This document shows, piece after piece, positions 40,120-49,829 of a stretch of 64,000 nucleotides of DNA. The notes below the pieces were generated by a model. That model had not been told where the DNA came from, did no database searches, and saw nothing but the letters and a program-made list of their open reading frames with translations. Numbering within the stretch: the stretch's first letter is position 1; each line of letters starts with the position of its first letter. Source of the DNA: a bacterium (GTDB taxonomy: Bacteria > Patescibacteriota > CPR2 > UBA1875 > CAIMLA01); assembly GCA_037129835.1 (NCBI GenBank), contig JBAXUE010000004.1:25638-89637 (forward strand), read 5' to 3'. The translations under genes were made by a program, and so were the position numbers.

Positions 40120-40874
40120 TTAAAGTGTACCTCCTTAGCTAGCTGCTTATATGCAACTGCTCCCTTTCCAAATTTATCATAATTCATAATGGTTTTGCCG
40201 TATGACGGAGCTTCTGCCAATCGTATATTTCTAGGTATAATTGTATCAAATACTTTATTTGGGAAATGTTTTTTTACCTCAGATTCAACTTGCCTTGATA
40301 ATAAAGTGTTCTTATTATACATCGTGAGTAGTACTCCAAGTAGTATTAAACTTGGGTTTAGGCTTATTCTGACTCTTTGAACAGTATGAAGTAATTGGCT
40401 TAAGCCCTCTAGGGCATAAAACTCTGTCTGTACCGGTATCAAGATGCTGTCTGCACTTACTAACCCATTTACAGTTAATATACCCAGGGAAGGCGGTGAA
40501 TCAATAATCACGTAGTCGTATTCGTCTTTAACTTTATCGATTGCCTGCTTCAAACGATGTTCTCTGGCGATTTGACTAGCAAGCTCCACTTCTGCAGCCG
40601 CTAAAACGACACTCGCAGGCGCAAGGTCGAGTCCTTTTACATCTGTCTTAATCCTTATATCCCGAATCAATGTCTCGCGAACCAAGACATCATATAGACT
40701 CAGTTTGACACTATTTTTATCAATACCAAGACCGCTTGTTGAATTACCTTGTGGATCTAGGTCGATTAACAAAACTCTTTGACCTGACTTAGCAAGATAC
40801 CCAGCAAGATTAACGGTTGTGGTTGTTTTCCCAACCCCACCCTTTTGATTAGTTATTACGATTACTTTTGCCAC
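40107..40874 (-). CDS. parA: Chromosome partitioning ATPase ParA/Soj
   Basis: NQKGGVGKTT, DLDPQGN, IDSPPSL, PVQTE..ALEG, IPRN.RLAEAPS.G. Confidence 0.96.
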   Translation of the reverse strand: MAKVIVITNQKGGVGKTTTTVNLAGYLAKSGQRVLLIDLDPQGNSTSGLGIDKNSVKLSLYDVLVRETLIRDIRIKTDVKGLDLAPASVVLAAAEVELASQIAREHRLKQAIDKVKDEYDYVIIDSPPSLGILTVNGLVSADSILIPVQTEFYALEGLSQLLHTVQRVRISLNPSLILLGVLLTMYNKNTLLSRQVESEVKKHFPNKVFDTIIPRNIRLAEAPSYGKTIMNYDKFGKGAVAYKQLAKEVHFKCNQ

Positions 40875-40928
40875 AAGATAATTTTAACAAAATATTAGCA
40901 ATCTATCTAGGGTTCTTTTAGATTAAAT

Positions 40929-41396
40929 CTATTTAATAATAAAAGAGCTATAAAAAATATACAGCGCTCCATTAACATGTAAGTTTAGGGCGGTAGCTAT
41001 AACACAAGCAACGCCTACCGTCATAATAATCATCAGATAAATGAGAAAGAATGTAATTGTCCACTTCATAACTGTATCAATTGTCAAACCCTTTGCGTAT
41101 TGGAAAAACTTTTTTTCAAAATTATCGAAACGCTCTCGATGCTCTTTGGTATATTTTTCTCCGCGCACGCCTTGTTCATATATTTTATTCCACGCTTCTG
41201 CACCTGCCCAAATGCCGAATAATATACCGAGCAAAAAGATGCCTGCGACTAAAAATGTAGCAAACCAAGAAGGCTCTATGCTTGATTGATATACCAATGA
41301 AGCTAATTGAAATACCCCAATAAGCAAAACACTCATTAAGAGCCCTGCAAAAACCCACAAGCAATAATATAATACTTTTTTATCACGTTTAGTCAT
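40929..41396 (-). CDS. Hypothetical membrane protein
   Basis: 3-4 TM helices. GGAGG SD before MTKRD. Confidence 0.6.
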   Translation of the reverse strand: MTKRDKKVLYYCLWVFAGLLMSVLLIGVFQLASLVYQSSIEPSWFATFLVAGIFLLGILFGIWAGAEAWNKIYEQGVRGEKYTKEHRERFDNFEKKFFQYAKGLTIDTVMKWTITFFLIYLMIIMTVGVACVIATALNLHVNGALYIFYSSFIIK

Positions 41397-41533
41397 TTCC
41401 CCTCCTATTTCAATAATAATTATCATATTAATCTTCAAAAAATGCAAGCAATATATTACAAATCAATAATGATTATATATTTAAAAAAATTTAATCAGAT
41501 AAATCGACTTTTATATTATTATTGTTATTAACT

Positions 41534-41561
41534 AAAAAAGAAGCTATTAAGCTTCTTTTTT
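41534..41561 (-). terminator. Intrinsic terminator of rplU
   Basis: AAAAAAGAAGC-TATTAA-GCTTCTTTTTT. Confidence 0.7.
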
Positions 41562-41895
41562 ATGGTGATTCTATTTTATTAATTGTGATTTTGGTTAAAC
41601 TCTGGCGATGACCATTCTTGACACGATAGTTTTTGCGTTTTTTGTATTTAAATACGATCTTTTTTGCATCACGGTATTGTTCATCAACAGTAGCGAGTAC
41701 TTTTGAATCGCTTAAAATTGGTTGGCCAATAGATACTTTATCTCCGTCAATAACGAGTAAAACATCCTTGATTTCAAACTTTTCACCAGCTTCAATGTCG
41801 AGTTTTTCTACCGAAAGGTACTCTCCCTCATAAACCAAGTATTGTTTACCGCCGGTGCGAATCACCGCATATTTATTTATTTTCTTTTCAGCCAT
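41560..41895 (-). CDS. rplU: 50S ribosomal protein L21
   Basis: YAVIRTGGKQY.V.EG, IGQP, FKYKKRKNY....GHRQ. Confidence 0.97.
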   Translation of the reverse strand: MAEKKINKYAVIRTGGKQYLVYEGEYLSVEKLDIEAGEKFEIKDVLLVIDGDKVSIGQPILSDSKVLATVDEQYRDAKKIVFKYKKRKNYRVKNGHRQSLTKITINKIESP

Positions 41896-41961
41896 TTTCA
41901 TTTCCTGCAAATTACAACGTGTTATATATTAACATTTATTGTATCTACTTTCAACACTTTC

Positions 41962-43059
41962 TTAAAAATCAATTTTCTTATAACGAATATGTATACTTTC
42001 TAAAATTCCCAGCATGCATAGTGTTACAATTACGCTAGTACCACCTGAAGATAAAAGAGGTAATGGAATTCCAGTTACGGGCATTATCCCTAGATTCATT
42101 CCGATGTTGATAAATATGTGAAAAAATAAAACAGAGAATATTCCGGTAGCGACAAACATCCCAAAATAATCTCTTGCTAGCTGTGCTATTCTTAGTGCTC
42201 TGTATAGAATTACTCCAAAAAGCAGTATAACGGAAAAAGCACCGACAAAGCCCATCTCTTCAGCAAGCGCAGCAAAAACAAAATCAGTATGCTTAAAAGG
42301 AACAAAGTTGAGTTGGCTTTGTGGTCCTCTCCCGAGACCCCTGCCCCAAAATTGACCCGAACCAATAGCGATAATAGCCTGATTAACATTCCAACCGCTA
42401 CCCATTTTATCTGCAGTGGGATCTAAAAAAGTTAGAATACGTTGTTTTTGATATTCTTGTAAAACACTATATATTGGATATAAGCTAAACAAACCAACAA
42501 AACCCATTGTGGCAATATAGACTTTACGGATATTGCTGACTAGTAGCATAGACAACCAAATGATGCCGAAAGTTATTGCAGTGCCTAAGTCTGGCTGCCA
42601 AGCAACAAGCCCAATAGGCACGCCGATATATACAAGTGATAGCAAAATAGTTTTGGGGCGGTTCATTTGCTCAACATTCTCAGCAAAAAATTTCGCCATA
42701 ACAATAATCATAAATATCTTTGCTAATTCAGATGGTTGAAACTGAAACCCACCAATACTAATCCAGCGAGTCGCACCTAGTGCCTTTTGACCTAAAAATT
42801 TTGTAGCCAGGAGCATAACTACCGAAAGTAAATATAATATTCCTGAATAATTTGTGTAAACACGATAATCTATTCTTGCGATAATAACCAGCCCAATTAA
42901 ACCTATCGTAGCAAACAAAAGTTGCTGTAAAGCTTCTGAGCCACCAGCCAAAGTGAATGTTGTGCTATATATAATAGCAAGCCCAAAAATAAGAAGCAAC
43001 AAAGCTGAACCCAACAATATCCAATCAAAATTTTTGTAAAATCTAGAGAACCTATTCAC
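41962..43059 (-). CDS. rodA: Rod shape-determining protein RodA (SEDS)
   Basis: GATRWI, FQPSE.AK, QPDLGT, AIGSG...G.G...G.Q, HTDF.F, PVTGIPLP..S.GG. Confidence 0.88.
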   Translation of the reverse strand: MNRFSRFYKNFDWILLGSALLLLIFGLAIIYSTTFTLAGGSEALQQLLFATIGLIGLVIIARIDYRVYTNYSGILYLLSVVMLLATKFLGQKALGATRWISIGGFQFQPSELAKIFMIIVMAKFFAENVEQMNRPKTILLSLVYIGVPIGLVAWQPDLGTAITFGIIWLSMLLVSNIRKVYIATMGFVGLFSLYPIYSVLQEYQKQRILTFLDPTADKMGSGWNVNQAIIAIGSGQFWGRGLGRGPQSQLNFVPFKHTDFVFAALAEEMGFVGAFSVILLFGVILYRALRIAQLARDYFGMFVATGIFSVLFFHIFINIGMNLGIMPVTGIPLPLLSSGGTSVIVTLCMLGILESIHIRYKKIDF

Positions 43060-43061
43060 AG

Positions 43062-46000
43062 CTATCTTTTTAATCCTATGCTATACTCATGGCCGTCAAT
43101 AATAATATTTTCATTATAGTCTGTTTCTGGTAAATTACCGAATACTACTTGGGTTGCCAGTGTTTCTTTTTTTAAATATTCAAGCCATTTTACGGATATC
43201 TCTCTTTGGAAATTTTTGTCGTCAGATTTGATATACACTTGTATCCTATCGCTTACACTGTAATTTGCTTTTTTCCGTGCATCTTGAATTTTGCGTATAA
43301 ATTCTCTGACCGTACCCTCAATTTTTAACTCCTTTGTTAGTGTTGTATCAAGAATTATTAACACTTCACCTTCATTGGAAGAAATTTTATTAGAATCTTT
43401 TGATATTAACCTTGTTATTATTTCTTCGCCAGTGAAACTTTCGCCAAGAACATTGTAATCCCCCGAGTCTACACTATAATCACCTTTTTTTAGAGCTTCC
43501 GATATTTCTTTTACTCTATTTCCCAATCTAGGCCCGACTAGTTTAAAATTGATATTAACACTTAATTCAACGTCGCTGGAATTATCTAGATTTTTCCCTA
43601 AAACATTCACTCTTTTTACATTTAATTCTTCTTTTATTGAGTCTACTATTGTTTCAGAAAAATAATCTTTATTAACGCCATACACATCTATTTGTCCAAG
43701 GGCTTGCCTAACGTTAATTTTTTCTTGCGCCCTAAGTTTCAATCCCAATTCCACAACCTTTCTTGCAAGGTGTATCTCGTTGTTTATTTTTAAATCAATT
43801 TGAGATTTTACCGCTACTGGCCACTCGGATAAGTGAATCGAGGTTGGTGGTGTGCTATCTCCTCCTTTTGATAAATTCTGGTATATCGCCTCAGTTGTAA
43901 AAGGCATAAATGGTGCCAGCAACTTTATATATGTGGTAAGGACGTAATAAAGTGTCTCATAAGCCGCTGCCTTGTCGGTATCGTTTTCGCTTTTCCAAAA
44001 TCTTCTTCGGTTACGACGAATATACCAATTAGACAAATTATCAATAAACTCAGCAAGTAGTCTTGAAACCTTAGATAAATCATAATCATTAAAAGCATCC
44101 GTCACATTATCTATCAATTGATTTGTTTCAGATATAATCCAATAGTCCATTTTATTATCTCTTTGCAGTTCACCGCTAGGTTTAAAATTATCAATATTCG
44201 CATATGTGACAAAAAAACCGTAAGAGTTCCAAAGGGTTAAAATGATTTTCTTTACCACTTCTTCTACACCTTTTTCTGAAAAACGAAAATCTTCAGCTTT
44301 AACTGCTGGTGACGCCATAAGATAAAATCTAATTGCATCAGCACCGTATTTATTAATTAATTCCATTGGATCTGGGTAATTACTTAGCTTTTTAGACATT
44401 TTTTGCCCATTTTCAGCCAGTATAATGCCATTAACAATTACGCTTTTATACGAGGACTTGCCGAATATAGCAGTAGATAAAACTAATAATGAATAAAACC
44501 AGCCTCTTGTTTGATCTACCCCCTCGGCAATAAAGTCGGCGGGATAGTCAAGAGCAAATTTATCTTTATTTTCAAAAGGATAGTGAATAGAACCATACGG
44601 CATACTTCCCGATTCAAACCAACAATCAAACACTTCGCCAGATAATTCCATATCGTGTCCACAGCTACATTTATAAACTATATTTTGAATTTTATGTAAG
44701 TGAATATCAGTAATAACCTTCCCTGTCTTTGATTCAAGGTCCTTAATAGAGCCAATAACCTCAACTTTCGCACATTCATGACATTTCCAAACAGGTAAAG
44801 GTGTTCCCCAAAAACGGTTTCTCGAAATACTCCAATCAGGTGCATTCTCAATAAGTTTATTAAACCTATTATGCCCCATGCTATCAGGAAGCCAATAAAT
44901 ATCCTTATTATTCTTAATCATCTCAGGTTTAATCTTCTCGACTGCCACAAACCAACTAGACACACCCTTGTAAATAAGAGGGGTGTCACATCTCCAACAA
45001 TGAGGATATGAATGTGTTATTGTTTCTGTTTTAAAAATTTTATTACCAAGTTCTGTGATAATTCGTTGATTTGTCTCAAGGGCTATTACGCTCGAACCTG
45101 AATAATCCGTAACATCAATTGTAAATCTCCCGAGATCATCTACGGGCATAAAAAAATCTATCCCATGTGCCTTCGCTACTTTATAATCTTCTTCTCCAAA
45201 AGCTGGGGCGGTATGTACAATGCCTGTTCCATCTGAAATATTTACATGTGTACCATCAATAATCTCAAAAGCTTTTTTGGGATTTTTGTAATAATTAAAA
45301 AGCTGCTTGTATTTTTTCCCAACCAGTTCTTTTCCCAAAATTCTCGAAACAATCTCATAATCACCAAATTCGTTTTTGTATGATTCAATACGATCAGTGG
45401 CGATAATAAATCTAGAATTATTTGAACTAACAATAGAGTATTCAATCTCGGGTCCAACAGAAAGAGCCAGATTACCTGGCAAGGTCCATGGAGTAGTAGT
45501 CCATGCTAATAAATACGTATTTGGCTCTTCTGAAATTTCGAATTTAACAGTAATTGCCTTATCTCTTTTGTCTTTGTAGCCTTGACCTACCTCGAAATTG
45601 GACAAAGGAGTGGAGCATCTAGGGCAGTACGGCATTACCTTATGACCCTCATATGCAAGATCTTTATCATATAATTGCTTAAATACCCACCAAACAGATT
45701 CCATGTACTCCGGGTTCATTGTCAGATAGGCCGCTTCCATATCTACCCATCTACCAGTTCGAGCCACTATCTTCTTCCAATCATTTGCATAAGCAAGGAC
45801 CTTGCTTCTACAGAGCTCATTAAACTTATCAATTCCATATTCTTCTATTTGAATTTTACTTTTGATATCAAGCTCTTGTTCTACTATATTTTCGATAGGC
45901 AAGCCATGAGTATCCCAACCCCATATTCGTTCAACTCTATATCCCTGCATAGTTTTAAAGCGAGGGATAACATCCTTTATGGTGCCTGCCAACAAATGCC

Positions 46001-46172
46001 CGTAATGAGGGGTTCCGGTAGCAAAAGGGGGTCCGTCATAAAATGAAAAAACTTTTTCTTTACTCTTAGTGTCTACTGATTTTTCAAATATCTTATTGTC
46101 CTCCCAATACTTGAGCATTGCAGCTTCTAGCGCGGGGAAATTCTGTTTTGGATCTACCTTATTGAGACTCAT
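43062..46172 (-). CDS. ileS: Isoleucine--tRNA ligase, type 2 (IleRS2)
   Basis: FYDGPPFATG.PHYGH, GWDTHGLP, WTTTPWTLP.N, SRNRFWGTP, KMSKK, and C-terminal RE.IR.IQ..RK typical of IleRS2. Confidence 0.97.
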   Translation of the reverse strand: MSLNKVDPKQNFPALEAAMLKYWEDNKIFEKSVDTKSKEKVFSFYDGPPFATGTPHYGHLLAGTIKDVIPRFKTMQGYRVERIWGWDTHGLPIENIVEQELDIKSKIQIEEYGIDKFNELCRSKVLAYANDWKKIVARTGRWVDMEAAYLTMNPEYMESVWWVFKQLYDKDLAYEGHKVMPYCPRCSTPLSNFEVGQGYKDKRDKAITVKFEISEEPNTYLLAWTTTPWTLPGNLALSVGPEIEYSIVSSNNSRFIIATDRIESYKNEFGDYEIVSRILGKELVGKKYKQLFNYYKNPKKAFEIIDGTHVNISDGTGIVHTAPAFGEEDYKVAKAHGIDFFMPVDDLGRFTIDVTDYSGSSVIALETNQRIITELGNKIFKTETITHSYPHCWRCDTPLIYKGVSSWFVAVEKIKPEMIKNNKDIYWLPDSMGHNRFNKLIENAPDWSISRNRFWGTPLPVWKCHECAKVEVIGSIKDLESKTGKVITDIHLHKIQNIVYKCSCGHDMELSGEVFDCWFESGSMPYGSIHYPFENKDKFALDYPADFIAEGVDQTRGWFYSLLVLSTAIFGKSSYKSVIVNGIILAENGQKMSKKLSNYPDPMELINKYGADAIRFYLMASPAVKAEDFRFSEKGVEEVVKKIILTLWNSYGFFVTYANIDNFKPSGELQRDNKMDYWIISETNQLIDNVTDAFNDYDLSKVSRLLAEFIDNLSNWYIRRNRRRFWKSENDTDKAAAYETLYYVLTTYIKLLAPFMPFTTEAIYQNLSKGGDSTPPTSIHLSEWPVAVKSQIDLKINNEIHLARKVVELGLKLRAQEKINVRQALGQIDVYGVNKDYFSETIVDSIKEELNVKRVNVLGKNLDNSSDVELSVNINFKLVGPRLGNRVKEISEALKKGDYSVDSGDYNVLGESFTGEEIITRLISKDSNKISSNEGEVLIILDTTLTKELKIEGTVREFIRKIQDARKKANYSVSDRIQVYIKSDDKNFQREISVKWLEYLKKETLATQVVFGNLPETDYNENIIIDGHEYSIGLKR

Positions 46173-46174
46173 AC

Positions 46175-46720
46175 TTACTCCTTTTCCTTATCATGACTTC
46201 GTAAATCTATCATAATCATAACCTGATCCCCTTTTCTTAGTTCTGAAAGTGCTTCAGGAATACTTGGAGAAATCGATTCTGTAGAGAAACGATGCTCTAC
46301 CATAGCCAGGACTTTTTCACTACCTACTTGCATTTGAATAAACTTTACCTCATATCCTCTTTCTCTTATCTTAGATACTTCCTGGAGAAACTCGTCAAAG
46401 ATTACGCTTCCGTTCCCCATTCCTTCAAAAGCTGACCTAACCTCAATGTACGACAAGTGTAAAATACAGGTAGCGGGATTATAGTTTGCCTTATACTTTC
46501 CTACCCGCTCACGATAAACATTCTTAATATCTTCACTCCCATCGAAATTTGGATGTAAGGATCTGCGAAAATCGTTATCCAAGAATTCAGCCTTGCTAAC
46601 GTCTATGTAGCCGCTTTCAATAGCTTCACCAAAATTATCTCGAACGTCCTCTGGACACATAGAATTTATGAGAACATCTTCAGTACTTTCAGCGTCAATT
46701 GGTACGTGTCTTTCTATTAT
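46175..46720 (-). CDS. Hypothetical GNAT-like (acyl-CoA N-acyltransferase fold) protein
   Basis: HLSYIEVRSAFEGMGNGSVIF resembles GNAT motif A. The frame is open from an SD-proximal ATA at 46720; the first ATG is at 46660. Confidence 0.55.
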   Translation of the reverse strand: MIERHVPIDAESTEDVLINSMCPEDVRDNFGEAIESGYIDVSKAEFLDNDFRRSLHPNFDGSEDIKNVYRERVGKYKANYNPATCILHLSYIEVRSAFEGMGNGSVIFDEFLQEVSKIRERGYEVKFIQMQVGSEKVLAMVEHRFSTESISPSIPEALSELRKGDQVMIMIDLRSHDKEKE

Positions 46721-46721
46721 A

Positions 46722-46890
46722 ACTACTCCTAAATAACAAATACCACACCTGCTCAGGAGCCCTCTCGGACGGTACCATCCTGATTTCAGCGTGTGGAATA
46801 CTTACTTTTCTGCTATTACGGGCTTACCCGTCGGGTTCTAATTGCTATATGCTTTCTTCCCGAAACTCACGGTTGATAGCCGCGTGGAAC
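46722..46890 (-). ncRNA. Ile T-box riboswitch, ultrashort Stem I, translational type
   Basis: Stem I CGCGG-CTATCAA-CCGTG with AUC in the loop. Stem II TCGGGAAGAA...TAGAACCCGA. Stem IIA/B CGGGTAAGCCCGTAATAGC. Discriminator TCAGGA-TGGTACC-GTCC-GAGA-GGGC-TCCTGA. CTCCTGA is complementary to the downstream TTAGGAG SD. Confidence 0.85.
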
Positions 46891-46916
46891 GTCTTTAGTG
46901 AATTATAACTTGATTA

Positions 46917-49427
46917 TTAACTTTTTTCAACCGCTTCTGGTGGCAAAATATCTGCACCGATAATTACTTTTTGTCCAGTAACAATACCACCTTCAAGTAT
47001 TTTTCTGGCCACAGAATTCTCAATCATATCCTGAAAAACTCTTCTAATTTCTCTGGCACCAAACTCTGGTTTATAGCCAGCTTCGGCGACTGCCGTTAGA
47101 AGATCTTGATCAAAGTCTATGTCAAAGCCTTGTTCAAGAAGCTTCTTATGTAATTTATCAAAAAATATTTTTGCTATTTGAACAACTTCTTCCTGATTAA
47201 GAGATCTAAAAAGAATAATATCATCGAACCTATTTAAGAACTCAGGTTTAAATAAATTATTATTTTGCAAGAATTCTAGTACTTGTTCTTTTTCTTTAGA
47301 AATATCTTTACCTTCTGCACAGATAGTTCTAATTAGATTAGCCCCAGCATTTGAAGTTGCAATAATAATATTGTTTTTAAACAATATTTTTTCACCCATT
47401 CCATCTGTGATATAACCCTCGTCAAGAAGTTGCAAAAATAAATTAAGAATATCTGGATGCGCTTTTTCTATTTCATCTAATAAAACAACGGAGAAGGGCA
47501 TCTGCCTTGCTTTCTTAACAAATTCACCGCCGTCGAGTTCTTGCTGACCTACAATTTTTTTACCAATAAAACGATCTAGTCCGGAAGTATCTTGGAATTG
47601 ATTCATGTCCATTCTTACCATTTTGTTTTCATCTCCAAAATATGTCGCTGCCAAAGCTTTTGATAGTTCAGTCTTACCTACACCTGTCGGCCCTACGAAT
47701 AAGAAACTTCCCATTGGTCTCTTACTATCACCGACATTTGTTCTAGCCCTTCTTAGCGAATTCGAAACAGCCACTACAGCTTCTTCTTGACCGATTACTC
47801 TCTGATGAATTGTCTTTTCAAGGTTTAAAAGCTTAACCTTCTCAACCTCATCGGCCTCTCTAATAGGTATATTAAAAATTTCTTCAGCTATTTCGTCGAC
47901 AAATTTCTTTGTAACAAATTTGATACCCTTATTCTTTGCGGCGTTAGAAATACTGTTCAATAAATCTATTGCTCTTCCTGGAAAATCCTTAGGAACCGAT
48001 TGGCTTTCTGAAATCTGATAAATTTCCTTTAAGGAATCATAGGTGATTGATTGTCCCTTGACTGCAGCCAAATATATACTTATATCTTCCATAGATTGAA
48101 TTGTTTCATTTTTATTTGTTGGTTCTACTTGTATCACAGAAAGCTTCGAAGCGATCCCACCTTTGGGCTGTATATATGTAGAATAGCTTGCCTGGTCTGT
48201 GGCTGCAATTAATTTAAAATCTGATCTTTCAAGATATTTATTCAATACGTCAGAAGCATCGATTGAAGAGATTGTTTCATTACCCTTTAAAAATACTTCA
48301 AAATTATCAATAAATAAAATAATATTCCCCGCTCTTACAGTATCGTTAAACGATGCTGTTAAATTCTCTAACAATTCTTGAGGAGATGCGCTTGAAGACA
48401 TCATAACCTGAGCATCAAGTGCCACTATTCTTTTATACATTAAAGCTGGCATCACTTTACCCCAATATATATTTGCTGCCAGCTCCTTTACTATTGTACG
48501 TTTTCCGACACCTGCCCTACCAAGCAATATACAACTATTACTACTATCTCCTGTTAAAACATTTTGTAATTGCTCTAGTAAATGTTCTCTAGATTTTATA
48601 CTGATACCATTAAAACTATTTGGCACTGTATAATCGACACCGAACCTGTCAAGAGTAAGAGTATATCCAGAAGACCAGTTTTGAGCAAAGCCACCGTTAG
48701 AAACTAATAATTTTTCAGAAATAGTTTTAGGCCTAGAAAATTTTGAAAATAGATTTTTGCTCCAAGAAATAATATTGACCAAGTCTTCTTCATTAAGATC
48801 TATGGACATTAAAAATTCTTGTATTGCAGGATTCTGTTTCAATAAAACATAAAATAAGTCAGCCTTTGTAATGTAATTTACTGCAGGTTCTTTGAGGGCC
48901 TGTTCGAGCATTAAACTAAAAATATTCAAACCATCAACGGCTCCAAAATTAATTAATTTATTTATCGTTATCTTGTCTCCTGCTACTCCCATCTTACTAA
49001 GAATAAACATAATTTCGTTTGATTTGGAGAACAATTTAGCCAAACCAGTAAAATTATTTTTTAAAAGATATTCATCCATAATATAAATCGTATCAAAATC
49101 GCAAAGAGTATAAATCTCATCAATACTTGTAACGCTCTCGGGTAATTTAATTTTATCTTCATTCTCGACAAAATAATGTCGTACGAATGTTAAAAAGTAA
49201 TATATAGAAAGACCAAAAAATATAGATATATTCAATACGTAATTAGGTATAATCTTCGCTACTTGTCCAAGAGCTGTAAATTGAAATAATTTTATAAATA
49301 TAGCAAGTCCGCCCAAAACAATTAGTAATCTTAAAATTTTGTCCAAAAGACGATACTTCTTGAACTTAAAATAAAAAGCAGCAGATAGGGCTGTTTCTCT
49401 AATTTTGTGATCTGCCTGAACCATCAT
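46917..49427 (-). CDS. Membrane-anchored ClpA/ClpB-like double AAA+ ATPase
   Basis: Two N-terminal TM helices. NBD1 GRAGVGKR/IDNFE is degenerate. NBD2 has RVIGQEEAV, RPMGSFLFVGPTGVGKTE, LLDEIEKAH, PEFLNRFD, FGAREIRR. Confidence 0.85.
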   Translation of the reverse strand: MMVQADHKIRETALSAAFYFKFKKYRLLDKILRLLIVLGGLAIFIKLFQFTALGQVAKIIPNYVLNISIFFGLSIYYFLTFVRHYFVENEDKIKLPESVTSIDEIYTLCDFDTIYIMDEYLLKNNFTGLAKLFSKSNEIMFILSKMGVAGDKITINKLINFGAVDGLNIFSLMLEQALKEPAVNYITKADLFYVLLKQNPAIQEFLMSIDLNEEDLVNIISWSKNLFSKFSRPKTISEKLLVSNGGFAQNWSSGYTLTLDRFGVDYTVPNSFNGISIKSREHLLEQLQNVLTGDSSNSCILLGRAGVGKRTIVKELAANIYWGKVMPALMYKRIVALDAQVMMSSSASPQELLENLTASFNDTVRAGNIILFIDNFEVFLKGNETISSIDASDVLNKYLERSDFKLIAATDQASYSTYIQPKGGIASKLSVIQVEPTNKNETIQSMEDISIYLAAVKGQSITYDSLKEIYQISESQSVPKDFPGRAIDLLNSISNAAKNKGIKFVTKKFVDEIAEEIFNIPIREADEVEKVKLLNLEKTIHQRVIGQEEAVVAVSNSLRRARTNVGDSKRPMGSFLFVGPTGVGKTELSKALAATYFGDENKMVRMDMNQFQDTSGLDRFIGKKIVGQQELDGGEFVKKARQMPFSVVLLDEIEKAHPDILNLFLQLLDEGYITDGMGEKILFKNNIIIATSNAGANLIRTICAEGKDISKEKEQVLEFLQNNNLFKPEFLNRFDDIILFRSLNQEEVVQIAKIFFDKLHKKLLEQGFDIDFDQDLLTAVAEAGYKPEFGAREIRRVFQDMIENSVARKILEGGIVTGQKVIIGADILPPEAVEKS

Positions 49428-49804
49428 ACTATTTCCCAAAAAATATTGATAAAAGCCAAAACAACTAAGGCTGGTAGAAAAGCCCATGCAATAATTAAAA
49501 ATATTGAGAAAATAATGTAAGAAATTAAACTCAAAATATAGGCTAGTATTAAAAGAGTTCTAACCACGAAACCGACACCTCTAGAAATTAAGTTATCGAA
49601 AAACCAATCCCTAAAGGCATATATTCCTTTGCCTCGACTCATTGCCATTCTTTTCCATGGGGAAAACAAAGTTTTTATAATAACAATGATCGAAAAATTA
49701 TTATTTAAATTTGAAAATAATGCTTTTAGAAAATATAATAAATCACTGGGGGCTTTTGAATACCACCAGAAAAATGAATATGGGAAAAAATATAATACTT
49801 CCAT
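49424..49804 (-). CDS. Small membrane protein translationally coupled to the Clp-like ATPase
   Basis: 126 aa, WWY..AP, TLFSPWKR, DNLISR..G...R, long hydrophobic C-terminus. ATGA overlap with the Clp gene. Confidence 0.7.
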   Translation of the reverse strand: MEVLYFFPYSFFWWYSKAPSDLLYFLKALFSNLNNNFSIIVIIKTLFSPWKRMAMSRGKGIYAFRDWFFDNLISRGVGFVVRTLLILAYILSLISYIIFSIFLIIAWAFLPALVVLAFINIFWEIV

Positions 49805-49829
49805 AACTTATATATATAATAATAAATAA

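Noticed and set aside
39265-46890. parS site near parAB
   Set aside because: Only half-site-like matches (e.g. CGTGGAAC at 46883-46890, part of the T-box 5' end) and no 16-bp palindrome.
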